A stretch of DNA of 64,000 bases. It comes from a virus. Lineage: Duplodnaviria; Caudoviricetes. A program made the position numbers and the translations under genes. The DNA is taken from positions 1 to 64,000 of IMG/VR virus record IMGVR_UViG_2935109043_000001; one strand, 5' to 3'. Numbering within the stretch: the first letter of the stretch is position 1; each line of letters begins with the position of its first letter. The notes under the pieces are model-generated. The model was given only the letters and a program-made list of their open reading frames with translations, did no database searches and was not told the origin of the DNA. This document shows, one piece after another, positions 48,122-57,031 of the stretch.

Positions 48122-49615
48122 GTGACCACCGCCCCGGCCGGCCAGACACCACCCCCACTCCCCGCCCTCGGGGACTGGCAGCCCCTGCCCAACCCCGGGG
48201 CCACCACCACCCCGACCACCACCAAAAACCCCACCCGCGCCAACCGCGGCGCCACCTCCCTCCTCACCCTCACCACACTCGCCCTCCTCTACATCGGAGC
48301 CGGCGGCCCCCTCCACTACCTCACCCTCCACCCCACCCAGCAGCGCATCGCCCTCTACACCGCCGCCCTCACCGCCGCACTCCTCCTCACCCACATCACC
48401 CTCCCCAAGCTCCGCGCCGCCACCACCCGACCCAAGACCCCCGCCGGACAGATCGCCGTCACCATCGGCGCCATCGTCTGCACCGGCGTCGGCCTCAACA
48501 CCGCCTGGGCCTTCACCGCCAGCCACCTCCACATCACCGACACCTTCACCCGCATCGCCCTCTGCGGCACCGGCGAAATCGTCCTCATCGCCCTCGGCCT
48601 CGCCGCACGCGACAACTTCCGCCGCGACCAAGCCGCAGGCATGCCCGGCATCCTCGTCTGGATCATCACCGGCTTCCTCGCCGTCCCCGCCTTCGCCGAA
48701 GGCGCCGCCATGGCCACCGGCTTCTCGGAAGGCGCAGTCGCCGGCGCCTGGCGAGCCATCTTCGGCCCCGTCGGCGCCGCCATCCTCTGGCACTTCGCCA
48801 TGGGCCTCGAAATCAAGGCCGCCGACGCCACCGCCCGAAGCATGGGCGTCTTCGCCCGCCTCGGCCGCCGCCTCGGCCAGCACATCCTCACCGCCTTCGG
48901 CATCGGCGACACCGACACCACCACCACCGAACTCCTCCGCCAACGAGCCCGCACCCGCGCCGCCAACCTCGCCGACCGCTACCGCAACCTCCCCAAGTGG
49001 GCCAAGAACACCCCCTACGGCCACTGGATCCTCCGCCGCCTCCGCACCGCCCTCCGCACCGCCGACATCGCCACCGACGAGACCCAGCGCAACACCCTCC
49101 TCGCCGACCTCGCGGTCTCCTCCCACGCCCCGACCCTCGCCGAACTCCACCACACAAACCCGTGGGGTCTCCCGACGGCGAACCTCGAACCGGTTCGGGA
49201 ACTGCCCGCCGCCGAACTTCCCCCCGCCCCGGAACCGGCCCCCCTCAAGGTTCGCGAACCTCAGCCCCGCACCGAGGTTCCGAACCGCGCCGGAACCGAC
49301 GAGGAGAAGCCCGCGAACCAGGTTCGCGAACCCCAGAACACCCAGGTTCGCGAACCTCAGCCTCCCGCGAACCAGCCCGCCCAGCGCGACAAGAACCAGG
49401 TTCCGCGAACCCCCGAACCTCGAACCCCGAACCTCAGCGACCGCGCCGCCGCCAAGAAGGAACAGGTTCAGCAGGTTCTGAACCTCATCGAGAACCGCGG
49501 CTACGACGCCGTGAAGCTCGCCCTCGTCATGGACGAGACCGGCATGGCCAAGACCACCGCCTACAACCGCCTCAACGAAGCCCGCGCACTCTGGACCAAG
49601 CGGAACGTCGCCTGA
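48122..49615 (+). CDS. Spd-like multi-TM protein with Pro-rich linker and C-terminal HTH
   Basis: Several hydrophobic helices; VREP repeats; VMDETGMAKTTAYNRL. Confidence 0.65.
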   Translation: MTTAPAGQTPPPLPALGDWQPLPNPGATTTPTTTKNPTRANRGATSLLTLTTLALLYIGAGGPLHYLTLHPTQQRIALYTAALTAALLLTHITLPKLRAATTRPKTPAGQIAVTIGAIVCTGVGLNTAWAFTASHLHITDTFTRIALCGTGEIVLIALGLAARDNFRRDQAAGMPGILVWIITGFLAVPAFAEGAAMATGFSEGAVAGAWRAIFGPVGAAILWHFAMGLEIKAADATARSMGVFARLGRRLGQHILTAFGIGDTDTTTTELLRQRARTRAANLADRYRNLPKWAKNTPYGHWILRRLRTALRTADIATDETQRNTLLADLAVSSHAPTLAELHHTNPWGLPTANLEPVRELPAAELPPAPEPAPLKVREPQPRTEVPNRAGTDEEKPANQVREPQNTQVREPQPPANQPAQRDKNQVPRTPEPRTPNLSDRAAAKKEQVQQVLNLIENRGYDAVKLALVMDETGMAKTTAYNRLNEARALWTKRNVA

Positions 49616-49682
49616 ACCTGCGAACCCGAACCATGAACTGCTCAACCGACACCTGCACCCGAACCGCTCTGGTTCGCGAACC
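49249..49682. repeat. cluster of 12-bp palindromes GGTTCGCGAACC and many GAACC half-sites
   Basis: Exact copies at 49249, 49321, 49345, 49671; variants near 49276, 49399, 49474. Confidence 0.8.
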
Positions 49683-49977
49683 TCTCCCGCTCTGCCGAAC
49701 CTGCACCCTCCAGGTCGTCCTCGCGAACTACGTCAACGCGAACCTCGCAGCAAGCGCAACGCCTGAGGTCCGTGGCCCAGCTCCAGAGGCGGTTCGCAGC
49801 TTCCAGGACGCGATCACGGTGGCTCTCTACCTGAAGGTAGGGCGCCGTCCTACGTCCGCAGAGATCCGTGAGGCGCTCGTCAGTGCCGACCTGGCCTCTG
49901 TGTCCAGGCCCACCGCGCAGCGCATTCGAGATCGGGTGGAAGCCGCCCACCCTCACCTTCGTACCTCGAACAACTGA
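49633..49977 (+). CDS. small Zn-finger/HTH hypothetical protein
   Basis: MNCSTDTC...LCRTC...RPTSAEIREAL...VSRPTAQRIR. Confidence 0.55.
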   Translation: MNCSTDTCTRTALVREPLPLCRTCTLQVVLANYVNANLAASATPEVRGPAPEAVRSFQDAITVALYLKVGRRPTSAEIREALVSADLASVSRPTAQRIRDRVEAAHPHLRTSNN

Positions 49978-50168
49978 GGAGTCACCGTGACCACCAGCCT
50001 CGCCCCGGCCGCCGCCCCCACCACGGGGGCGGCCCCCGCCCCGGCCAGCCCGCAGACCACCACCCAGCCCACCGTCGACCCCGAGTACGCGGAGATCGCC
50101 GACGAGCTGTGGGCCGCCATCTGCCACATCGAATCCCTCAACCCGTACACCGCAGAGGAGGCCAGTAA

Positions 50169-52214
50169 GTGAGCACGCAGATCGACACGCAGACACCCTC
50201 CGCGACCCCGCTGGACCTCACGTTGGGTAACGGAGGTGGGGGCGGGGCGGGGCGGGGCGGAAGCGAAAACAGCCCACAGAGCCCCCTGGTAGTCGTTCAG
50301 GGCGGCCGATCCGCTTCCCCGCCCCGCCCCGCCCCGACCGCATCACGGGGCAACCAGGACAATTCGCTCCGGAACGGATACGCCGCGATCTCACACGGAG
50401 TGAGCGGCGAAACCGCCGCGATCGGCATCGGATTCCTCGCCGCCGGCCCCATCGGAGCCATCGTCGGAGGCGCCACACTCCCCGCCCTCGTCGCCGCCTC
50501 CATGTGGCGAGCCCGCCGCCGCGAACACGACCAGGACAGCAACAGCAACCAGAACGCCAGCACCAACCCCGCAGGCCCCAGCCGCGACCGCGACCGCTCC
50601 GGCGGCGGCCGAGGCCGCAACAACGGAACAGACGGAAGCCGCCACAACTCACCCAACGGACCGGGCGGCGGCCACAAGCCCTCCAAGGACACCAAGAACC
50701 ACACCGACACCCCCGGAAAGAACCGCAAGCCGAAGGCGAAGGACCCCGTCCTCAACAAGCTCGACAAGATCGGCAAAAACCTCAACGGCAAGCTCAAGAA
50801 CAACCGCGACAAGAACCGCCGCCCCGACCACGACAAGACAGGAAAGGACAACGGCGCCAACAACGGCAAAGCCCCCCAGGGACCGAAGGGACCGAAGCGC
50901 CGCAAGGACCACAGCGCCAACTACCCCGACGACCGCCGATGGCGAGGCCGCGGCCACAAAGACAAACCGAAGAACCAGCGCAACGACAAGCGGACCAACC
51001 GCGGCGACACCCTGTCGACCACCTCACCCGACGGCCTCGACCCGAAAGACCCCAAGGACGGCGGCACCCCCGTCGATGACCGCATCGCGCTCATCAAGGC
51101 CCGCCGCGAACGCCACCAGCGGCGCCGCGCCATCAAGGCCGGCAAGAAAGCCGCAGACCGCGCGGCCCGCGACGGCAGCCTCGGCGACCCAGCCTCAGTG
51201 AAGCTCCAGGTCATCCGCGAAGAGAACCAGAAGATCGACCTGGAACTGCGCAACGAGAACCAGCTACTCGCCCTCGCGGCAGCCACAGAACGACGAAGGA
51301 GCACCCCCGTGAACTACCCCGCGATCACCACCGCGCCCGCCGGCACCCGCACCGCCGGTGCCGCCGTCGCACGGCAGATCGACCCCCGCAGCTCCGCCGC
51401 CTACACGCTCCTCGCCGCCATGGCCGACCAGCTCGCCCACGGCCTCCACAACGACGAGGACGCCGACATGGCAGACCACGTCGTAGAGCTCGTCGGCATC
51501 CCCAGCATGTGCCGCAACCTCGCGGTCGCCGTCCGCGAAGCCGCCGCCGCCCTGTCGAAGACCGCGCCGCTCCACCCCTCCGTCGTCAAGCACCTGAACT
51601 CCGCCGCGGTCGCCGCACTCACCGCCGCCCGCATGGCCGACACCATCATGATCGTGTTCGTGCAGGCGCACCGCGAGGACATCATGCGAGTCCTCGACCC
51701 CCGCGTCGGCGAAGAACGCTGGAACATCCGCAACGCCGCCGGCACCCTCGACGCCGCGAAGCTCCGCGCGGCCGTCGCCTCAGCACACACAGCCCGCCTC
51801 GCCCTGCCCGCAGGCACCTCACCCGCAGGCGCAACGAACAAGGGCTCCGGCAACCTCGTCCCCGTCTCAGACGCCCAGACGAAGAAGCTCATCACTCTCA
51901 TGAAGGGCTTCGACCGCGGCCACATGACCGTGTGCCTCTCCGAAGTCGCCGGATCAGCCGCAGGCGTCGAAGTCGTCGCCGACGCCATCACCAAGCTCTA
52001 CCGCCGGATGTCCAGGACATGGCCGACCGAGCAGGCAGTCGACGAGACCGTCCGAGCGACCGCCTCCAAGGTCATGTCCGTCGCCGACGAGCTCCGCAAG
52101 GCCATCAAGGCAGCACAGCGCGCACACGAACGTGAACTGCGGCTCAACGCCAAGCCCCGCAAGGGCGCGCGAGCCGAAAAGAAGTGGGACGTCACTACCA
52201 GCCGCAAGGGCTGA
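50169..52214 (+). CDS. membrane protein with Lys/Asn-rich linker and helical C-terminus (transfer operon)
   Basis: TM AIGIGFLAAGPIGAIVGG; possible internal start near 51308 with RBS GAAGGAG. Confidence 0.65.
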   Translation: MSTQIDTQTPSATPLDLTLGNGGGGGAGRGGSENSPQSPLVVVQGGRSASPPRPAPTASRGNQDNSLRNGYAAISHGVSGETAAIGIGFLAAGPIGAIVGGATLPALVAASMWRARRREHDQDSNSNQNASTNPAGPSRDRDRSGGGRGRNNGTDGSRHNSPNGPGGGHKPSKDTKNHTDTPGKNRKPKAKDPVLNKLDKIGKNLNGKLKNNRDKNRRPDHDKTGKDNGANNGKAPQGPKGPKRRKDHSANYPDDRRWRGRGHKDKPKNQRNDKRTNRGDTLSTTSPDGLDPKDPKDGGTPVDDRIALIKARRERHQRRRAIKAGKKAADRAARDGSLGDPASVKLQVIREENQKIDLELRNENQLLALAAATERRRSTPVNYPAITTAPAGTRTAGAAVARQIDPRSSAAYTLLAAMADQLAHGLHNDEDADMADHVVELVGIPSMCRNLAVAVREAAAALSKTAPLHPSVVKHLNSAAVAALTAARMADTIMIVFVQAHREDIMRVLDPRVGEERWNIRNAAGTLDAAKLRAAVASAHTARLALPAGTSPAGATNKGSGNLVPVSDAQTKKLITLMKGFDRGHMTVCLSEVAGSAAGVEVVADAITKLYRRMSRTWPTEQAVDETVRATASKVMSVADELRKAIKAAQRAHERELRLNAKPRKGARAEKKWDVTTSRKG

Positions 52215-52225
52215 CCCGAGAGGAG

Positions 52226-54412
52226 ATGAAAGCCGTGACCGCAAGCAGCATTCCCGCAGGGCTGGAGACGCCCAGCGACAAGCCGAAGCGCTGGGACTTC
52301 AGCCGGGACGCCGTCACCCCTGGGCGCCTGGTGGCCTGGGGCAGTGAGCTCGCCGTCGCAAGTGCCCTCGTCGCGCCCCTCGCCGACATTCCCTGGGAGG
52401 CCGGCGCCACCGCGGGCGTGCTGTTCACCGGCGCGGCCGTCGCCTACGAGAAGGCCCGCGGCTCCTGGCGGCGCGTCATGGTCGCCCGCGCCTCCTCCTG
52501 GCTCGCCACGACCGGATGGCTCTCCTACGCCCTCGCCACCAGCCCCACCCTCCTCACCATGGTCATCGGCGGGTCCGTGTGGGCCACCGGCGCAGCCGTG
52601 AACATCGCCGTCGACAGGTGGGGCGAGACAACCCGCGAAGCGGAGAAGGAACTCGACAACCGCCTCAAGGACGGCGAAGCCATCAAGGCCGCCCAGGACG
52701 GCTGGGCGAAGCTGCTGTACGACATCTGCGGCATCGACGGCGCCGTTGCCGACCCCATCGTCCACAAGTGGACCTCCGGCGCCGGCGAAACCGTGAAGAT
52801 CACCCTCCCGGCCCACATGAACATCAACGCCCTGCGCGGCTACGAAGCCGAACTCGCCGGAGCCCTGCACCTCCCCAAGGGCGGCGGTATCGCCTTCTCC
52901 GACGGCGACGCCAACGTGCCCCGCAACGTTGTGTTCATCGCGATCACCCGGAAGAACATGATGTCCGGCGCCATCGCCTACCCGAAGCTCACCCCCACCA
53001 GCATCAACCGGCCCATCGGCTTCGGCGTCGTCGGTGACGGCGCCGAAGCGGGGCTGAACCTCAAGGACGAGGGGTTCATCGCCATCGGAGCCCAGGGCTC
53101 CGGCAAGACCGCCCTCATGAAGACCCTCGGCCTCGGCCTGATCCGCTGCGACGACGCGATCGTCTGGGACATGGACACCTCCGCGAAGATGTCCGCGATT
53201 TTCATCAACCCCTACCTGCGGCACGGCATCGGCGTACCCCTCATCGACTGGCCCGCCACCAACGAAGACGAATGCCGCCTCATGGTCCGCGCCGCCCGCG
53301 ACATCATCGCCGCCCGCAAAACCGAATACTCCGACCTCCTCGAAGACGAAGACATCGACAACCTGCCCGCACGGCCCGAGATCCCCGCCATCCACATCCG
53401 AGTCGACGAGACCAAGTCCATGCCCGACGACGTCCTCGAAGGCATCGACTTCATCATCGAAGAGGGCCGCTCCGTCAACGTCCGCGTCTCCAACACGGGC
53501 CTCCGAGCCACCCGCGAATACATCACGGGGACAATGGACGAGCTCACCCCCGGCCGGATCGGGCTCCGCACCAACAACGCCAGCGAGCTGGCCATGCTGT
53601 TCCCCGGCTACGGCGCCCCCGACATGGCCCTATTCACCGACCCCGGCACCGTCGTCTACATGTCCGCAACCAAGGGCCCCTTCCAGCCCACCCCAGCCAA
53701 GGCGTACGCCACCATGGCCGAAGCATTCACCGAGGGCACCGACGAACACGAGCGCATGGCCAACCTCTTCATGGACGCCGCCCGGCAGCTCTCCACCATC
53801 CGCCCTGACCTCGACGCGATCTCCGCGAAGGCAGCGGGCCCCGCCTACGGGCAGCGCTGGGCCCGCTGCATCCCCAACCTCCGCGGCGACGCCTACGGCA
53901 ACGTCACTCCCGACCGCATGCACGAGTCGGTGTGGGAGCTGTACCGATCCTGGCCGGCGCCCCTCTCCTACGACGTGCTCCTCGGCCGCTCCTACGACGA
54001 CGGCGGCATGGCCAGTACCGACTCGACCATGAACATCCCCCGCCTGTCCGAAGTGATGCTCGACGACGACGCCATGGAACTGGCCGCGGCCCAGGAAGCC
54101 GCCATCGAGCTGGCCAAGACCAACGTCACCACGAAGACCCACGACGACCTGGCCATCGAACTGTTCGCCTCACTCGGCCGGCCGGCCAAGCCCAGCGAAG
54201 TGTTCCCGCTGATGGTCAAGGCCAAGTACACCAAGTCGGACCGGACGTTCCGTGACCTGTGCGCGAAGCTGGCCCTCCAGGACAAGCTCGTGAAGGGGGA
54301 TGATGGAACCTACGCGGCAACCGAGTGCGAGGGGTCCCATGCAGCCCGACGAGTTCCCGGACATGGATCTGAAAATGACGCCTATGGAGGCGGCGATGCT
54401 CCACATGAGTGA
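52226..54412 (+). CDS. FtsK/SpoIIIE-like conjugal DNA translocase (TraB-like)
   Basis: N-terminal TMs, Walker A GAQGSGKT, Walker B IRVDE, GRSVNV arginine finger, C-terminal wHTH-like region. Confidence 0.75.
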   Translation: MKAVTASSIPAGLETPSDKPKRWDFSRDAVTPGRLVAWGSELAVASALVAPLADIPWEAGATAGVLFTGAAVAYEKARGSWRRVMVARASSWLATTGWLSYALATSPTLLTMVIGGSVWATGAAVNIAVDRWGETTREAEKELDNRLKDGEAIKAAQDGWAKLLYDICGIDGAVADPIVHKWTSGAGETVKITLPAHMNINALRGYEAELAGALHLPKGGGIAFSDGDANVPRNVVFIAITRKNMMSGAIAYPKLTPTSINRPIGFGVVGDGAEAGLNLKDEGFIAIGAQGSGKTALMKTLGLGLIRCDDAIVWDMDTSAKMSAIFINPYLRHGIGVPLIDWPATNEDECRLMVRAARDIIAARKTEYSDLLEDEDIDNLPARPEIPAIHIRVDETKSMPDDVLEGIDFIIEEGRSVNVRVSNTGLRATREYITGTMDELTPGRIGLRTNNASELAMLFPGYGAPDMALFTDPGTVVYMSATKGPFQPTPAKAYATMAEAFTEGTDEHERMANLFMDAARQLSTIRPDLDAISAKAAGPAYGQRWARCIPNLRGDAYGNVTPDRMHESVWELYRSWPAPLSYDVLLGRSYDDGGMASTDSTMNIPRLSEVMLDDDAMELAAAQEAAIELAKTNVTTKTHDDLAIELFASLGRPAKPSEVFPLMVKAKYTKSDRTFRDLCAKLALQDKLVKGDDGTYAATECEGSHAARRVPGHGSENDAYGGGDAPHE

Positions 54413-54539
54413 GCTGATCTCCGGCCTGATGAAGGCCGGCCTCAGCGAGCACTCCGCTGTGCGCTTCGCAGCGATCTACTTCGCCGAGCAGTCGGGCCGC
54501 GAGAACGCGGACGACGACTGAGTTCAACGCGACCAGGAG

Positions 54540-54568
54540 AGCCCCCGGGTCGTACCCGGGGGCTTTTT
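54540..54568 (+). terminator. intrinsic terminator
   Basis: AGCCCCCGGG-tcgta-CCCGGGGGCT-TTTT. Confidence 0.85.
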
Positions 54569-54642
54569 GCGTCTCCAGTCAGCTCTCTGCTCGCCGATCC
54601 TCGCCCCCGACGAAGGGAGGCCCACCCCACCCGGAGACCCCG

Positions 54643-55272
54643 ATGCCTACGACGCTCCTCACCCCTGACCAGCTCGACCAGCAGGCCGCCGCCCTCTACG
54701 ACACCGCGGCGTGGCAGCAGATCGTCTCCGGCTGGACTCTCACCGCCCCCGAACCCCAGCCGTACACCGGCAACCGGCCCGTCGAGCAGACCACCGTCGG
54801 GGACTGGCGGGACCTCCTCAACGGCACCGTCGAAGACCTCATCGCCACCGCCACCACAACCCTCCCCCCAGCCGCACCCGCCGAACGGCCCCTCCCCGGC
54901 AGGCTCGGTGCGATCCTCCCCGACCGGCTCCACGCCTGGCGGCGCATCGGCCAGCCCGACATCCGGCCCAGCGTCCAGCTTGCTTACGCCCGCCACCTCC
55001 TCGTGGCATGGGGCTGGCAGAACCGCCCGTACCGGCTCCGCGACGGCTGGGGAGCCCGCTGCCTGTGCGGGGCGCTGCTGTCCGCCCACCGTCTCGGCTA
55101 CGGCAGCCTCGACACTGCGAACCGGTCTGCTGCGTGGCTGATGACGGGGCTGCGGCATGAGGGGTGGGCGGGTTTGATCGGCGAGTGGAATCGTGCGCCG
55201 GGCCGCACGGCGGGGCAGGCTCTCGCCCTGGTCGACACGGTCACGGGATGGGCGGCGCAGGCGGGGGAGTAG
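54643..55272 (+). CDS. DUF6197-like protein
   Basis: WGW......CLCGA...WNRAPGRT. Confidence 0.65.
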   Translation: MPTTLLTPDQLDQQAAALYDTAAWQQIVSGWTLTAPEPQPYTGNRPVEQTTVGDWRDLLNGTVEDLIATATTTLPPAAPAERPLPGRLGAILPDRLHAWRRIGQPDIRPSVQLAYARHLLVAWGWQNRPYRLRDGWGARCLCGALLSAHRLGYGSLDTANRSAAWLMTGLRHEGWAGLIGEWNRAPGRTAGQALALVDTVTGWAAQAGE

Positions 55273-55739
55273 CAGGTGCGCTCTCCGTTCCGGAATCGCT
55301 CGCCTGTCGTTGCAACAGGCATGACGAAGAGTGAACAGTCATTGACCGAGCAGCCTCAGCCCGAAGACATCGAGCGCTGCGGTCATCCGGCCTGCGTAGA
55401 GAGTCGAGAGAGGGATAGGCAGGTGCGCCGTCAGTACGACGAGGCCCAGGTCGAGGCTGAAGAGATGAGAGCGCTGCTGAGGGGTTTCGTGGAGCCCTTT
55501 GAAGCGCTGGAAAAGTACTGGGCTGTACGCGCAGGGGCATAGCAGCCCGGACAAACGCCCGAATGTACGTCACGCTGGTCTTGCACGGCTCGGGAGACGT
55601 ATCCCTGTTGAGCGTCCCCGCGCCTCGATGGGCAGTGCCCGAGCCGTGCTACAGACTGGTCCGCCCCGTGACGGAGGCGTTGACCACCGGCCCCGCGACC
55701 CACATCCCCCAGGGTTGCGGGGCCCCTTCACGTCACGGT

Positions 55740-56441
55740 CTACTTCACCTGTCGCCACACACCACAATCCCGCGTCGTGAACGCCCCGTCCGACGACTCG
55801 ATTGTCACCGTGATCGACCTAGCGTCACCCGACACGAACTGGTTGTCGATGATCTGCCCATCCGGCGTCGACCGCTCCCAGTAACAGTCACTCAGCCCCG
55901 CCTCGCCGCCCGTCGTCCGATAAGTGCCCGGCCGCACCGACCGCGCCCCCACCTCCGACGACACCTCATACGAGCCGCCCAACAGCAACTGCTCCGCCTT
56001 GCCGTCGAGCACCTCCAGGACGGTCTTCTCCCAGCGCGGGCACAGCACCGGCACCCCCGCCCGCAACGCGAGCCGCTCGTCGCCCTCCGGCGGATTCGCA
56101 CGGGTCAGCCACGCCGACGGCGGAAAGTCCGGGTCCCCGTCCTCGTCAACACCGTCGAGCGTCTCGCACACCGCATCCACGTACTCCGACGCCAGCTCAT
56201 AGTCCGGGTCCGGCATCTTCCAGCCCTCAGCCTCCGCTCCGGCATCCACACGCTCCTGCGGGGACTCGATGTGCACCTCCTCCGTCGCCGACGGCGCCAC
56301 CGACGGACTCACCGAAACCGACGCCGACGCAGACGGGGACGGCGCAGACTCCGCCTCCCCACCCCCACCGCACCCGGCCACCAACACCATCGCCACGGCC
56401 GAAGCCGCCCCCACCCCAAGTTGTCTCATGTGCCGCATCAT
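55740..56441 (-). CDS. lipoprotein (moron upstream of terminase)
   Basis: Lipobox LVAGC; PGTYRT...CYWER...IIDN.F domain. Confidence 0.8.
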   Translation of the reverse strand: MMRHMRQLGVGAASAVAMVLVAGCGGGGEAESAPSPSASASVSVSPSVAPSATEEVHIESPQERVDAGAEAEGWKMPDPDYELASEYVDAVCETLDGVDEDGDPDFPPSAWLTRANPPEGDERLALRAGVPVLCPRWEKTVLEVLDGKAEQLLLGGSYEVSSEVGARSVRPGTYRTTGGEAGLSDCYWERSTPDGQIIDNQFVSGDARSITVTIESSDGAFTTRDCGVWRQVK

Positions 56442-56498
56442 CCCCGCCTCAACCCGACCGAGGGAACACAAGTCCACACATCAGGCATGATCTGTAAC

Positions 56499-56511
56499 AG
56501 GCGCGGGGCCT
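56499..56511 (+). promoter_or_regulatory. late-gene motif AGGCGCGGGGCCT, copy 1 (others at 60182 and 62069)
   Basis: Identical 13-mer upstream of terS, portal and scaffold. Confidence 0.7.
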
Positions 56512-56539
56512 AACCACACACAGCGGGAGCCCCACCGCC

Positions 56540-57031
56540 ATGAGCGCATCCAAAGCACAGCAAGCCGTCACCGCCGAACGCCGCGCCAAGCTCATCCGCA
56601 TGCGGCTCGCCGGCCACGAGTTCGACGAGATCGCCCGCGTCCTTGAGTACTCGTCGGCGTCCGCCGCATCCAAAGACATGATCCGCGTCCTGGAGAAGCG
56701 CCGCGACGAACAGGACGCCGAGGTCAGCGTCTACCGGCAGCAGGAAGGCGACCGCCTCGACGCGCTCCTCCGCGCCCACTGGGACGCTGCCACAAGTGGC
56801 GACGACCCAAAGGCCGCCGATCTCGTCCTGAAGATCATGGACAGGCGCGCCAAGCTCATGGGCCTCGACATGCCCGTCCGCGCCGAAGTGTCCGGCCCCG
56901 ACGGCGGCGCCGTCCCCCTCGGCACCGGAGCCCTCGCCGAACTCCAACAGCTCATCTCCATCGCCGGACAGACCGGCGACCCCGACACGCTCCTCGACGG
57001 CGAGCAGGACACCGGTGACAACACCGACTGA
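56540..57031 (+). CDS. terminase small subunit
   Basis: N-terminal HTH, RRAKLMGLD, EVSGPDGG; immediately precedes TerL. Confidence 0.8.
   Translation: MSASKAQQAVTAERRAKLIRMRLAGHEFDEIARVLEYSSASAASKDMIRVLEKRRDEQDAEVSVYRQQEGDRLDALLRAHWDAATSGDDPKAADLVLKIMDRRAKLMGLDMPVRAEVSGPDGGAVPLGTGALAELQQLISIAGQTGDPDTLLDGEQDTGDNTD

Noticed and set aside
47992-49977. Long Pro/Arg/His-rich ORFs in the track (e.g. 47992-49977, 4231-5355, 60197-62176, 51998-53395)
   Set aside because: Shadow frames caused by high GC and strand skew; they overlap better-supported genes.
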